Notes: generated by a model from the letters alone, not told the origin. A stretch of 64,000 bases of DNA from Candidatus Latescibacterota bacterium (GCA_965205485.1 OZ242180.1:2400001-2464000), one strand, 5' to 3'; counted from the first letter of the stretch, positions 47,846 to 58,467 are shown. A program made the numbers and translations.

Positions 47846-49204
47846 GTGAGGATCCAGGTCCGTCTCGTCCGGGGTATATCCGTTGCGTTTGCGCGCAGCG
47901 TGATGGATTTCAACGCCGCTCCTTGCACGACATACACTCCGCTTTTCAGGGTACTGGTTCTGGCTCTGTGCCTGTTCGGAGCCCCTTCGAACGCGGCCGC
48001 GGACAAGCTGCTTGTCCCGATGGATCTCGTGCAGGCGAATCATCTCAAGGCCTATGGGCTCGCCTACTGGGCGCTCCAGCATAACATCGAGGTGGAGTGG
48101 CTGCTCAACTACAGGGGCGGCGCCTTTATGATGGACTACGTGGAATCGGCGGCCGGGGAGGGACGTCTGCGCGACGTCGATTTCGAACGCGTCAATGGGG
48201 CCGAAGCCGTTCGAATCTATGCGGAGATCGAGCAGGGCAACATGAACTCTGTTCGACTTGAAAAGGCGCCGAAGATCGCAGTTTATACGCCGCCTAACAA
48301 ACAACCCTGGGACGACGCCGTCACGCTGGCCCTGTCTTACGCCGAGATTCCCTACGACATTCTGTGGGACGAGGAAGTGCTGGCGGGGAAGCTCTCCGAG
48401 TACGACTGGCTGCATCTTCACCACGAAGATTTCACCGGTCAGTACGGAAAATTCTACCGCAGCCACGGCCGTGAACTCTGGTACCGACGCCAGCAGGCCC
48501 AGTATGAAAGCCTTGCCAACCGCCTCGGTTTCAGAAAGGTGTCCGTGGAAAAAGGCGCCGTTGCCAGGGCCATACTGGAATACATTTCCAATGGCGGTTT
48601 CGTGTTTGCCATGTGTTCCGCCACGGACACCTTCGACATTGCCCTGGCCGCGACGGGCGTAGACATTGTGGATACGGTGTACGACGGGGACCCGCCCGAC
48701 CCTGACGCGCAGGGGAGATTGGATTATTCAAGGACGATCGCGTTCGAGGACTTTTCCCTGGTCACGGATCCCATGGAATATGAACACGCGGACATCGACG
48801 TCTCGCCAGCCACCGGGGCGCAGTTCCGCGGACCCGACGCAGACGCATTCACGCTGTTTGAATTCTCGGCAAAATTCGATCCGGTGCCTGCCATGCTCAC
48901 CCAGAACCACGTGCCCGTTGTCCGGGGGTTTCTGGGCCAGACCACGGCGTTTCGCCGGAGCCGAATCAAGAAGTCCGTCACCATTATGGGCGAGGTCAGC
49001 GGTACGGACCAGGTCAAATACATCCACGGAAACGTCGGCCGGGGCACCTTTACCTTTTACGCCGGACACGACCCGGAAGACTATCGCCACTTCGTGGGAG
49101 ATCCGCCCACGGAACTGGCGTTGCGCCGAAACTCCCCCGGTTATCGCCTCATTCTGAATAACATCCTGTTCCCGGCAGCCAGGAAACAGAAACGCAAGAC
49201 CTGA
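47846..49204 (+). CDS. Conserved secreted protein of the family often labelled asparagine synthetase B; function uncertain
   Basis: NHLKAYG, WLLNYRGG, PWDDAV, HLHHEDFTGQYGKF and GHDPEDY motifs; start uncertain. Confidence 0.7.
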   Translation: MRIQVRLVRGISVAFARSVMDFNAAPCTTYTPLFRVLVLALCLFGAPSNAAADKLLVPMDLVQANHLKAYGLAYWALQHNIEVEWLLNYRGGAFMMDYVESAAGEGRLRDVDFERVNGAEAVRIYAEIEQGNMNSVRLEKAPKIAVYTPPNKQPWDDAVTLALSYAEIPYDILWDEEVLAGKLSEYDWLHLHHEDFTGQYGKFYRSHGRELWYRRQQAQYESLANRLGFRKVSVEKGAVARAILEYISNGGFVFAMCSATDTFDIALAATGVDIVDTVYDGDPPDPDAQGRLDYSRTIAFEDFSLVTDPMEYEHADIDVSPATGAQFRGPDADAFTLFEFSAKFDPVPAMLTQNHVPVVRGFLGQTTAFRRSRIKKSVTIMGEVSGTDQVKYIHGNVGRGTFTFYAGHDPEDYRHFVGDPPTELALRRNSPGYRLILNNILFPAARKQKRKT

Positions 49205-49272
49205 ACGCGACCCCGACATCCGGGGGCATCGACAGAAACGGTCACGACCACCCAGCGAAAGATCGCCCAACC

Positions 49273-50268
49273 ATGCCCGAACAACCCACAGACGACCTCG
49301 AGGCCGTCGAAAGACTGAAAACCGCCCACGCCCGTATCAGGGGCGAAATCGGAAAGATCATCGTGGGTCAGAACGAGATCGTTGACCAGTTGCTCATCGC
49401 ACTCCTTTGCGGCGGGCACTGCCTGCTCGTCGGGGTTCCCGGGCTTGCAAAAACGCTTCTCATCAGCACGCTTGCCAGGGCGCTCAACCTCAGCTTCAGC
49501 CGTATTCAATTCACGCCGGATCTGATGCCCTCCGATATCACAGGTACTGAAGTACTCGAAGAAGACCAGCGTACGGGCCACAAGAACTTCCGTTTCGTAA
49601 AGGGTCCGCTCTTTGCGAACATCATTCTGGCGGACGAGGTCAACCGTACCCCGCCGAAGACCCAGGCCGCCCTGCTGCAGGCCATGCAGGAGCACGAAGT
49701 GACCGCGGGCGGCGACACGTTTCACCTCGAAGAGCCCTTTTTCGTGCTGGCCACGCAGAACCCGATCGAACAGGAGGGCACGTATCCGCTGCCTGAAGCT
49801 CAGCTCGACCGGTTCATTTTCAACCTGTGGATCGACTATCCTTCGGAAGAAGAAGAGAAACAGATCGTTCGTACTACAACCAGCGCTTACGCGGCGGAAG
49901 TCGAACCGGTATTCGACGCGCGTGAAATCGTCGAACTGCAGCAGCTTATCCGCAAGGTCCCGGTTGCCGACTATGTGATCGACTATGCCGTCGGCCTCGC
50001 CCGCAGGACCCGGCCCGGAGTCGATGGTGCGCCGGATTTCGTCTCACGCATGGTCAACTGGGGCGCGGGTCCCCGCGCCTCTCAATTCCTCGTTCTGGGC
50101 GCCAAGGCGCGCGCCATCCTCGAGGGACGGTACGCCGCCGCAGTTGAAGACGTCAAGTTTGTCGGCGTTCCCGTGCTTCGCCATCGCATCGTCACCAGTT
50201 TCAATGCCGAGGCGGAAGGGGTCACGCCGCTCGAACTCGTGCAACGCCTTCTTGAAGTCCCGGCCTGA
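49273..50268 (+). CDS. MoxR-family AAA+ ATPase
   Basis: GVPGLAKT, RIQFTPDLMPSD, ADEVNR, TQNPIEQEGTYPLPEAQLDRF. Confidence 0.95.
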   Translation: MPEQPTDDLEAVERLKTAHARIRGEIGKIIVGQNEIVDQLLIALLCGGHCLLVGVPGLAKTLLISTLARALNLSFSRIQFTPDLMPSDITGTEVLEEDQRTGHKNFRFVKGPLFANIILADEVNRTPPKTQAALLQAMQEHEVTAGGDTFHLEEPFFVLATQNPIEQEGTYPLPEAQLDRFIFNLWIDYPSEEEEKQIVRTTTSAYAAEVEPVFDAREIVELQQLIRKVPVADYVIDYAVGLARRTRPGVDGAPDFVSRMVNWGAGPRASQFLVLGAKARAILEGRYAAAVEDVKFVGVPVLRHRIVTSFNAEAEGVTPLELVQRLLEVPA

Positions 50269-50288
50269 ACTCCCGATTCGCAGCGCCC

Positions 50289-51185
50289 ATGCCCGATTTC
50301 CGCACGTATCTCCAGCCCGAAGTTGTCGCCCGCCTGTCCGGCCTCGATCTGGTCGCCCGGCTTGTGGTCGAAGGTTTCATTACGGGTCTGCACCAGAGTC
50401 CGTACCACGGATTCTCGGTTGAATTTTCCGAATATCGCCAGTACATACCGGGCGACCCGCCGCGCAACGTGGACTGGAAGGTCTACGGCAAGACCGACAG
50501 GCTCTACGTAAAGCAGTACGAAGAAGAAACGAACCTCAAGGCCTATATCCTGCTGGACGCCAGCGCGTCGATGGCCTACGGCTCGAATTCCGTCACCAAG
50601 TTCCAGTACGCTTCCTATACCGCTGCCGCGCTGTCGTACCTGATGTTGCGCCAGCGTGACGCCGTCGGCCTGGTATCCTTCGACCGTGGCATCCGATCCT
50701 ACCTGCCGCCCAGATCCGCAGGGAACCATCTTCATGCCCTTCTCGAAACGCTGCGGAATACCGGCCCGGAGGGCGAAGACACCGACCTGGCGGCAACCTT
50801 CCACAGCCTTGCCGAGCGTATCGTGCGCCGCGGCCTCATCGTGGTTCTGTCCGATCTGATGGACGAACCCCGTTCCCTGATTTCCGGGCTGAAACACTTC
50901 CGCCACCGCAAGCACGAAGTCATCGTCTTCCACATCCTCGACCCGAGGGAGCGGGACCTCGAATTCGGTCGCGAAACCCGATTCGTGGACCTCGAAACCG
51001 GCGCCGCCGTGACCACCGAACCATGGCATGTCGCGTCCGATTATAGTGACCATATGCAAGACCTCACCCGCCGATTCAGTCGCGAATGTCGTGAAAGTCT
51101 CATCGACTACGTCCTGCTGGACACTGCGAAGCCGTTCGATACCGTGCTGTTCAACTACCTGGCCAAGCGCAAACGCCTGATGTGA
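50289..51185 (+). CDS. DUF58 (vWA-like) protein
   Basis: G.SVEFSEYR.Y.PGD, DWKVYG, YEEETN, LDASASM. Confidence 0.92.
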   Translation: MPDFRTYLQPEVVARLSGLDLVARLVVEGFITGLHQSPYHGFSVEFSEYRQYIPGDPPRNVDWKVYGKTDRLYVKQYEEETNLKAYILLDASASMAYGSNSVTKFQYASYTAAALSYLMLRQRDAVGLVSFDRGIRSYLPPRSAGNHLHALLETLRNTGPEGEDTDLAATFHSLAERIVRRGLIVVLSDLMDEPRSLISGLKHFRHRKHEVIVFHILDPRERDLEFGRETRFVDLETGAAVTTEPWHVASDYSDHMQDLTRRFSRECRESLIDYVLLDTAKPFDTVLFNYLAKRKRLM

Positions 51186-51232
51186 TGAAATACATCCACC
51201 TGTCTGCATAATCTATCACTCTAGAGGATCCC

Positions 51233-52273
51233 ATGGAATGCGTGCGGGTTGGCATCGTCGGCGCGGGCAAGATGGGGCGAACGCATATCGACGCCCTCAA
51301 GGACGTGACTCTGGGAGAAGCCGTTGCGGTGAACGACCCCGCCGATCTGCCCGAGGTCGGCCCCGGCCTCGCCGGCGAGTACGGTTTGGATTATGAGGAA
51401 AGTCTGGAATCTCTTGTTTCGAGAGACGATATCCACGCGGTTATCGTAACGACGCCCCACGCCCTTCACGCCGATCACGCCATTGCAGCGCTCGAAGCGG
51501 GCAAACATGTCCTCGTGGAGAAACCACTGGAAGTCACGCTGGAAAAGTGTGACGCCATCATCCGGACCGCGGAACGCGCGGGCTGCAAACTCATGGTCGC
51601 GCAGAGCCACCGGTACTGGGAGGGCGGCGCCATATCCAAGCGTCTGCTGGACGACGGCGCGATCGGCCGGCTGCTCATGTGCAGGGATACGCTCGCCACG
51701 CCCGGCTACCGCAAGCCCGATCCACGCCGGGCATGGTTCACGGACCTGGATCTCTACGGGCCGGGCGGTCTCATCGGTTGGGGCGTACACAACATCGACA
51801 GGCTGCGCTGGTGGTTCGAAAGCGAGGCGGAATATGTCTTCGCGCGGTCCTATTCCCTGCGCACCGAGGTTCCCGGAGACGTCACGTCCAACATGCTGAT
51901 GATTGGCTTTCGGAATGGCGGCAGCGCCCACCTCATCTACTCGGAAGCGCTTCCGCCACCCGGCTGGAAGGGTTTCAGTTGCGCCGCCGAACTCGTCGGA
52001 GAAAAGGGCTTGATGGAGGTCGATCCGTACAACAAAGTCAAGGTTGCCCGCGATGGCGCGTCGGAATGGGAGACGGTGTACGACCACGCAGCGGTGGATG
52101 ATCCCCGGCAGAAGGCGTTTGCCGACGAGGTGAGGGACTTTATCGACTGCATCGTTAACGACACGCCGCCTCCGGTGACGGGAGAAGACGGACGGGCGGC
52201 GGTGGAGATCGCCCTGGCGGCTTACAGATCGTCCCGGTTGGGTGAAGCAATCAGGCTGCCGCTCAGAGATTGA
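51233..52273 (+). CDS. Gfo/Idh/MocA oxidoreductase
   Basis: GIVGAGKMG, HVLVEKP, GVHNID. Confidence 0.92.
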   Translation: MECVRVGIVGAGKMGRTHIDALKDVTLGEAVAVNDPADLPEVGPGLAGEYGLDYEESLESLVSRDDIHAVIVTTPHALHADHAIAALEAGKHVLVEKPLEVTLEKCDAIIRTAERAGCKLMVAQSHRYWEGGAISKRLLDDGAIGRLLMCRDTLATPGYRKPDPRRAWFTDLDLYGPGGLIGWGVHNIDRLRWWFESEAEYVFARSYSLRTEVPGDVTSNMLMIGFRNGGSAHLIYSEALPPPGWKGFSCAAELVGEKGLMEVDPYNKVKVARDGASEWETVYDHAAVDDPRQKAFADEVRDFIDCIVNDTPPPVTGEDGRAAVEIALAAYRSSRLGEAIRLPLRD

Positions 52274-52371
52274 CAACGATTTCAAGCTGTAATGATACCA
52301 GCTGGCAGGGCGCCTGCGCGACACATCGGGAATGGAGCGATAGCGTGGGGAATCGGATAGTTGGCATTGAA

Positions 52372-53085
52372 ATGACCCCGCTGGACTACGGCCGTTCATT
52401 CCTTATCGGGAAGGGTTCGGCCAACGAAGTGCGCTTCTGGATCGAGTCGCGCACCCGCATCCTGGACGAAAGCGCGGGGACCAGCGAGGCGTTCTATCAG
52501 ACCGCTTCCTGCAAGAGCGAGAATACCTTTCACCGGAAGGACCTGTTCAAGCAGGACAACTACGACTTCCTGCCGATTTTCAACGCGAATTACGGTCTTA
52601 TCTTCCGGCGTCCGGTTTGCCTGAACGACCGTTATCGGGAAACGCGGCCGTATGAAGTGATGTTCGGCGGTTATGATCTCCATCTCGTGGAGGGCTCGAG
52701 CGTTCGCGAATTGCCTTCAAATGTGTCCATCCGGGAGGAAACCTACCGATTCGCGCCGCTTGTCTCGCAGACCGAAATCCGTAATGACGATACCGGACTC
52801 AGCGCCCTGATCGAATGTCCGGTGAAGACCATGAACACCCGCCGCGGGGACGATCGCTACCAGGTCGATACCGGTCCGATCGCCTTTCCGGATCTCTCGA
52901 AACGGCCCGAAAGGCTTGTCGACTGCCTGTCGCTCGCCTTCGTGGCGTTCAATACACCGCACTTTGCCGACTTCGTGATCGAAGCGCCCACCGTCGTCGA
53001 TCCCGCAAATCCCGATCTGAAAGTCCACCACTACTCGAAGATCGTCAGCCTCCCGTCACGCAACCGGGTGTTCGCGGTGGAGTAG
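52372..53085 (+). CDS. Hypothetical protein
   Basis: Long ORF with host-like codon usage from ATG 52372; family not recognised; start uncertain. Confidence 0.65.
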   Translation: MTPLDYGRSFLIGKGSANEVRFWIESRTRILDESAGTSEAFYQTASCKSENTFHRKDLFKQDNYDFLPIFNANYGLIFRRPVCLNDRYRETRPYEVMFGGYDLHLVEGSSVRELPSNVSIREETYRFAPLVSQTEIRNDDTGLSALIECPVKTMNTRRGDDRYQVDTGPIAFPDLSKRPERLVDCLSLAFVAFNTPHFADFVIEAPTVVDPANPDLKVHHYSKIVSLPSRNRVFAVE

Positions 53086-53136
53086 GGCACCCCGGCAGAC
53101 GTCCACATTCTGAAAGATCTCCACTATGGAGGAAGA

Positions 53137-53763
53137 ATGAGCATACGCAGGTCGATCTTCGGCCCGTCAAAGGACGAAATCTGGAGGCAGATTGCGTCAG
53201 ATATTGAGGGTGAATTTGTCGATGGGGGCTTTTGGGGAGAGAATGCCGTTACGTACCGCCACGGTGAGTGGCGGATCATCCTCGATACCCGCACGGAGAC
53301 AACCTATTCGGGAACGATGATGATGACAGTGCAGTACACCCGGATGCGGGCGCCGTTTGTCAACAAGGATGGCCTCTACTTCGATGTTTCACTCGAAGGA
53401 TTCTTGAGTTCGATCGGTAGACTCTTCGGTATGCAGGACATCGTAATCGGCGATCGGTTTTTTGACGACCGGTTCCTGATCAAGGGCAACAACCCGGAAA
53501 AGATCAAGCTGCTGCTGGCCGATGAAAGGATACGGGAGTTGATCCGGAAACAGCCGAAGGTACATCTCCGGATTAAAGTCGACGAAGGCATGTTCGGGAC
53601 TGACTTTCCTGACGGTGTCGATCAGTTGTATTTTGAGTGCGCCGGCGTTATCAAGGAGACCGAAGCATTGAAGGATCTCTTCGAGTTGTTCTGCAGGATT
53701 CTGGAGCGCCTGGTCCAGATCGACTCGGCGTACGAGGACGATCCCAACATCAGGTTGAAGTAG
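53137..53763 (+). CDS. Conserved hypothetical protein (DUF3137-like)
   Basis: GGAGG RBS; YTRMRAPF and MQDI.IGD..FD..F.IKG motifs. Confidence 0.6.
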   Translation: MSIRRSIFGPSKDEIWRQIASDIEGEFVDGGFWGENAVTYRHGEWRIILDTRTETTYSGTMMMTVQYTRMRAPFVNKDGLYFDVSLEGFLSSIGRLFGMQDIVIGDRFFDDRFLIKGNNPEKIKLLLADERIRELIRKQPKVHLRIKVDEGMFGTDFPDGVDQLYFECAGVIKETEALKDLFELFCRILERLVQIDSAYEDDPNIRLK

Positions 53764-53845
53764 ACACTACCTCCAGATCTCGAAGTACGGCAACCCGTCG
53801 CTGAAACTCACACATCTTTGCAGCACGAAACCATAAGGAGACACC

Positions 53846-56248
53846 ATGCGCCCCGAGATTCTGACTGACCGTCGCCGGTCGTCCGTGCCGGCGAGGGAAA
53901 CCCCGTTGAGCAGGCGATACAAGCGCATCCTGGAGAACTGGGTGCCGGTAGGCCTCAGCTATTTCGACGACTGGCCGGAGCGGCCCAACTGCGGGCATTT
54001 CTTCGGCGGGGCGCACTGGTACGGCAGCGATACGGTCGGGCCGGCGTTCGTGTTTGCCGTGCTCGCCAATTCCCCCGAATACGATGCGAAACGCACCGGA
54101 TGCTCCAAAAATGAGCTTCGGGAGATCGCGCTGAAGGGGATCCGCTACCTCTGCTACACGCACGATACGGGTCCGGCGGACTGCATCCGCCCCGAAAAGA
54201 GCCTCGGCAATCCGAGGACCTGGGGCACGAAATGGGGGGAGCGCGGCCGGGGATTCTTCCCAGAGAGCCAGTGCGGGACGAATCTTTCCGACGTCGGTCT
54301 TACCGCCCTCCTGCTGGAAGATATGGTGGACGACGAGACGTGGACCATGATCGCCCGCATGCACGAGGACTATGCCGAGCGGTTCGGGGCCATGGACCCG
54401 AAGAGTGGCGTCTACACCAACACGCAGATGGAAGAGAACGGCTGGACGTCGTGCGGTCTGGCGTCGGTCGAGTGTTTCCTGAGCAACTCGCCCCACGTCG
54501 ATTCCTGGGCCGAAACAGCCCGCCGCTGGATGTTCTCCACAGCCACAACCCAGCAGGACACGAAAAACCTCGCGCCGTTTTCGGACGGTCGGACCGTTCG
54601 GGAGCTCACCGGTCAGACGTTCACCGCGCTGCCGGACTATATGGCCGAAAACCACGGCATGGTGCATCCCAGCTACACCGGCAGTTCCGTTGTGTTCACC
54701 GGGCGGCTGGGCATCATCTACGGGACGTTCGGCACGGAGATACCGGACCATGCCCTGTTCAACCGGAGGGAGATTTACGCCGAGCTCAAACGAACGACGG
54801 ACCGGACCGGTTCGATGCATCCCGTGCAGGGCATGGACTGGCCGTATCTTCCGCCCGATCCAGGCACCCTTACCCATGCAACAGGCGCCGTGTTCCTGAA
54901 CGATCCGGAGGCGGCGTACTTCGAGCGCCAGGGGCTCGAGACCCTCGAACAACGCGCCGAAAGCGCCGGAGGGCGAATGCATGATCGGCAGATCGCCGAG
55001 ATCGTCCACGGGCCCCAGGACCCGCTGATCATTCGAGAACACAACATCGACAATCCCGCCCACACCTATTTTTTCCACAGGATCTTCGGCGACGGGCCGG
55101 ATCCCGCACCCTCGTCGCGCGTTGAACGCAACCTCAGGGGCGTCAAGGTCTATCCCCATTCCGGATTCGTCTTCCAGAGACACCGCACAGGTCAGACCGC
55201 GCTTTCATGGCGTAACGATATCATGGCGCTGCCGTTGAACAAGGACGGCATCTATACCGTCGCGCCGGCGTCGGGTTCGTTTCTGGCCAGCATCGATGTT
55301 CAGGACCGGCCCGACAGCCACGACATGGTCTCGGTTCGCGTGGACGAACATCAGGAAGGCTTTGCGGCCGCGATGATCCTGGACCGAGCACAGCGTTCGG
55401 TTCGACAGGAAGTGCTCTTCGCCGGCCTGCCCTCGGGAATCTCCCTCTCCTGCGAACGGCTCACGGCCAACGAGGAAATTACCGTTCAGCGTGTCGACCA
55501 GGGCTTTCTGCGCATCGTCAATGAGGACTTCAAAGCCTTGAAGGGAAATTGCAACGGATATCGTACCGTCCACACGCCGGACGGTTCCGATCGCTTCAGG
55601 AGCTACGTCACCAGGGACCCGGACAGCGACGTCGTCAAGAACTACGATCATCCGGCATGGCTCAACATAGACAGCCGCCTGGGCATCGTCTACACGGGTT
55701 CAGGGAGGACCGTCTACCACAACCGCCACGTTTACCAGGTCTGGCGCGCCGTGGCGGACGACCTCACCCTCAGCCGGGTGGACGAATCGTTCGACGTAAC
55801 CGCCGGCAAGGCTATATCCGGACTCACGGCGCTCGTCGCCCCGGATTACAGCCATCGAAAAACATCGGGTATAGACTTTGTGATCATGGAATCGGGACGG
55901 TCCGCCATCGGCCTCCTCGCGGACAATCACCTTGCCCTGGCGAATTTTGGCGAAAAAGCCGGCATATTGACTTTCAGGGCGAGACGTTCAGACCTCAGCG
56001 AGATTCCCGTTTTCGAGGGCGTTACTCGACTCGACGAGGACAGTATCGCTTTCGAGCGAAACCTCGGGGCGGGCGAAGCCCGGCTGCAGGAGCCGATCTT
56101 GAATGTCGAGTCGGACGGCGCGCTGGTGATCAACGCCGCGGATTCCGGGGCAGTGTGGGCGAGGAATACGGGCGCCGCGCCGGCCCGGGTCACGCACGAA
56201 GGCACGGAAACGCGGATCCGGCCGGGGGAAATCGCCGTCCTGGAGTAG
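53846..56248 (+). CDS. Large hypothetical protein, possibly lyase-like (helical N-half, beta-rich C-half)
   Basis: AAGGAG RBS; 800 aa; NTQMEEN.W and ENHG.VHPSY motifs. Confidence 0.6.
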   Translation: MRPEILTDRRRSSVPARETPLSRRYKRILENWVPVGLSYFDDWPERPNCGHFFGGAHWYGSDTVGPAFVFAVLANSPEYDAKRTGCSKNELREIALKGIRYLCYTHDTGPADCIRPEKSLGNPRTWGTKWGERGRGFFPESQCGTNLSDVGLTALLLEDMVDDETWTMIARMHEDYAERFGAMDPKSGVYTNTQMEENGWTSCGLASVECFLSNSPHVDSWAETARRWMFSTATTQQDTKNLAPFSDGRTVRELTGQTFTALPDYMAENHGMVHPSYTGSSVVFTGRLGIIYGTFGTEIPDHALFNRREIYAELKRTTDRTGSMHPVQGMDWPYLPPDPGTLTHATGAVFLNDPEAAYFERQGLETLEQRAESAGGRMHDRQIAEIVHGPQDPLIIREHNIDNPAHTYFFHRIFGDGPDPAPSSRVERNLRGVKVYPHSGFVFQRHRTGQTALSWRNDIMALPLNKDGIYTVAPASGSFLASIDVQDRPDSHDMVSVRVDEHQEGFAAAMILDRAQRSVRQEVLFAGLPSGISLSCERLTANEEITVQRVDQGFLRIVNEDFKALKGNCNGYRTVHTPDGSDRFRSYVTRDPDSDVVKNYDHPAWLNIDSRLGIVYTGSGRTVYHNRHVYQVWRAVADDLTLSRVDESFDVTAGKAISGLTALVAPDYSHRKTSGIDFVIMESGRSAIGLLADNHLALANFGEKAGILTFRARRSDLSEIPVFEGVTRLDEDSIAFERNLGAGEARLQEPILNVESDGALVINAADSGAVWARNTGAAPARVTHEGTETRIRPGEIAVLE

Positions 56249-56286
56249 AGCGGCGCGGCATTAACGTCAAATTACACCGCAATAGG

Positions 56287-56321
56287 AAAAGAGGGCCGAG
56301 GCTTATGCTTTCGCCCTCTTT
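56287..56321. terminator. Probable bidirectional terminator between convergent genes
   Basis: AAAAGAGGGC...GCCCTCTTT imperfect hairpin. Confidence 0.5.
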
Positions 56322-56356
56322 AGTATGCGTGGTCCTGGCACGTGGACCGAGCCGCT

Positions 56357-56398
56357 CCCTGAGCTTGCGGTCCCTGAGCCTGTCGAAGGGTCGAAGGG
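56357..56398. repeat. Nested CCCTGAGC(T/C)TGTCGAAGGG short repeat
   Basis: CCCTGAGCTTG[CGGTCCCTGAGCCTGTCGAAGGG]TCGAAGGG. Confidence 0.75.
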
Positions 56399-56427
56399 GT
56401 CGGCGAGAGGCGTACAAGAATGTCAAA

Positions 56428-58467
56428 TTACCACCTCACCCTGAAACGTGTTTCGGCCAACGCCTTCCGACCGGCGTGCAGGTCCTCCACCACAACTCGA
56501 AACGCCCTCGGCCCCGCGGATGCGCCGTCCATATCAACGCGCAGGTCGCGCGGTTCCCAATCCCGACCGCCCCGGTACGTGTATGACACGGCAGTCGTCC
56601 AGTCGGCCGGAGAGCCGTCACCTCCACGCTCCTGCAGTGAATGCATCTGATAGCTGACGCGGTAGTGCGTGGCGCCAAATTCGTCACGCGATAGATTGTA
56701 GATTTCAAAATAGAACCAAGCCTGCGCGTCCGTGCGGCACACCTGCAGCGGATTCGGGAGTACCGCGAATTGCTCCCGTCCGTACGGCACGTCCTCACGC
56801 TTTCGAATGCGCCGCGCCATCAACAGGTCGCTGATCTCCAGCGTGTCCGGCCCGAAAGACCTTACTCGCAGCTGCTCCCGTACCGTGCCTATCCGCTTCG
56901 TCGTCCGGTCTTCGACTTCACCGGCAAGAAAATACATACCCGGGTCAAGGACCATGCGTTCCCCGGCCAGCAGAAAGGCCTCTTCCGTGGATTCGTAGGC
57001 GACCCTCGGCAACCGATCTACGCTTTGGACTTTGTGCCGGACGGTGTCCCACTTGGAATCGAAGACGAAGAGCGCCTGTCTGACGTCGACTGCGGCGGTT
57101 CCGCGGTCGACGGATCGCGTACGTCGCACATTTTCTTCCGGAAGCGCGTAATACACCTCGATGCGCGTATTGCCGTCGTCATGCCGGAACTGCGCAGTCT
57201 GGCAAGGGGCATCATACTGTAGCGGATGCTGATATAAATCCGGTACCGCGTCCACCAGTTGTTCGAGAACCAGGCGTTTGTTTCCCCGGGTGGCCCATCT
57301 GAATCGCCAGGAGTCCCAGGTTAGTGTATTGAGGAATACGACCGTAAACGGACCATAATCCCATATTTCCTTTCTTCCTCTGGCAGGGTCTTTCATGAAC
57401 CGGACGCGCGGGTCTCCGTATCGGATGTAAATCTGCCCTCTGTCGGTCTGCCAACCTTCCCGCCCGAGTGTGGGATCGGAGAACCGCAGGTTCGCGTACG
57501 CCACGCGCCGGCACTGTTCCAGCAGGCGTTCGTTAACCGATGTCAAATAGATCGGGTCCTTTCCCAGCCAGAACATGCGGATTTCCTCGTCGCTGGGCGG
57601 GGGGGCACCCCTTTTTGTTTCCGCATCGTCCCTGATCAGGAAAATCGACTGCATGAACCTGCGCGACGATTCGGTCATCCGGTTCAGGCCGTCCAGATAA
57701 GCACGATAGGCCCTTTCCAGGTCGCCCTTCATCTGATGGCCGAGGCCCGCGAAGAAGTGGGCATTCCAATTCTCGGGACATCGCTGTCGATAGGCCTCGA
57801 AGAGCTCGATCAGGGGTCCGGGCTTATCGGCCGCGTAATAGGACAGCCCCAGGTACTGGTGAGAAGGCCAGTGGACCGGGTCCACGCTGATGGCTCGTGA
57901 AAGATACCCGATTCCAGTGTCGATACCGAGGTCCGGATATTCGACGTGTGTCCGCGTTTTCCTGGCTCTGAGGGAATATCTGCCCAGCGTTGCTTTGGTA
58001 TCGTCATCGGGCATTTCCGTAAAATAGGTATACTCCCATGCCCAGACCGCGAATCGCCCCGCCCAGAAGAGGCCGTCGACATGGTTCGGATCCAGTTCCA
58101 GCACCTGGAGCGCTTTTCTGTAGGAGTCCGGACGCTGCAACGTCCGCCATAACAGCTCGGCATGGGTTGCCCGATAGTCCGGGTTTTCCCGCTCCCGAAT
58201 CACGGCGCGCAGCAACCAGTGGCCGGCCGTCTGGCGAGAAACCGGCGTACCCTGCGCCATGTAAAAACGCGCCAGGACGTGCATTGTACGGCCGGACCGG
58301 TCGTGCCTGAGCGCACGCTTCATCAGGGCTTCGCGACGGTCAAGGTCTAGCAGCGTATCCGCCGCGGCGGCCAACAACGAGTCCACCCTGGCGGGATCGG
58401 ACCGTCCGGCATCGACGCCGGCGGTTCCTAACGCGAACAGGCAAATCATTGTCGCCAGCCGAACCAT
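56428..58467 (-). CDS. GWxTD-domain protein with N-terminal TPR repeats
   Basis: RRVAYAN.RF, GWQTDRGQIYIRYG.P; signal peptide. Confidence 0.9.
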   Translation of the reverse strand: MVRLATMICLFALGTAGVDAGRSDPARVDSLLAAAADTLLDLDRREALMKRALRHDRSGRTMHVLARFYMAQGTPVSRQTAGHWLLRAVIRERENPDYRATHAELLWRTLQRPDSYRKALQVLELDPNHVDGLFWAGRFAVWAWEYTYFTEMPDDDTKATLGRYSLRARKTRTHVEYPDLGIDTGIGYLSRAISVDPVHWPSHQYLGLSYYAADKPGPLIELFEAYRQRCPENWNAHFFAGLGHQMKGDLERAYRAYLDGLNRMTESSRRFMQSIFLIRDDAETKRGAPPPSDEEIRMFWLGKDPIYLTSVNERLLEQCRRVAYANLRFSDPTLGREGWQTDRGQIYIRYGDPRVRFMKDPARGRKEIWDYGPFTVVFLNTLTWDSWRFRWATRGNKRLVLEQLVDAVPDLYQHPLQYDAPCQTAQFRHDDGNTRIEVYYALPEENVRRTRSVDRGTAAVDVRQALFVFDSKWDTVRHKVQSVDRLPRVAYESTEEAFLLAGERMVLDPGMYFLAGEVEDRTTKRIGTVREQLRVRSFGPDTLEISDLLMARRIRKREDVPYGREQFAVLPNPLQVCRTDAQAWFYFEIYNLSRDEFGATHYRVSYQMHSLQERGGDGSPADWTTAVSYTYRGGRDWEPRDLRVDMDGASAGPRAFRVVVEDLHAGRKALAETRFRVRW

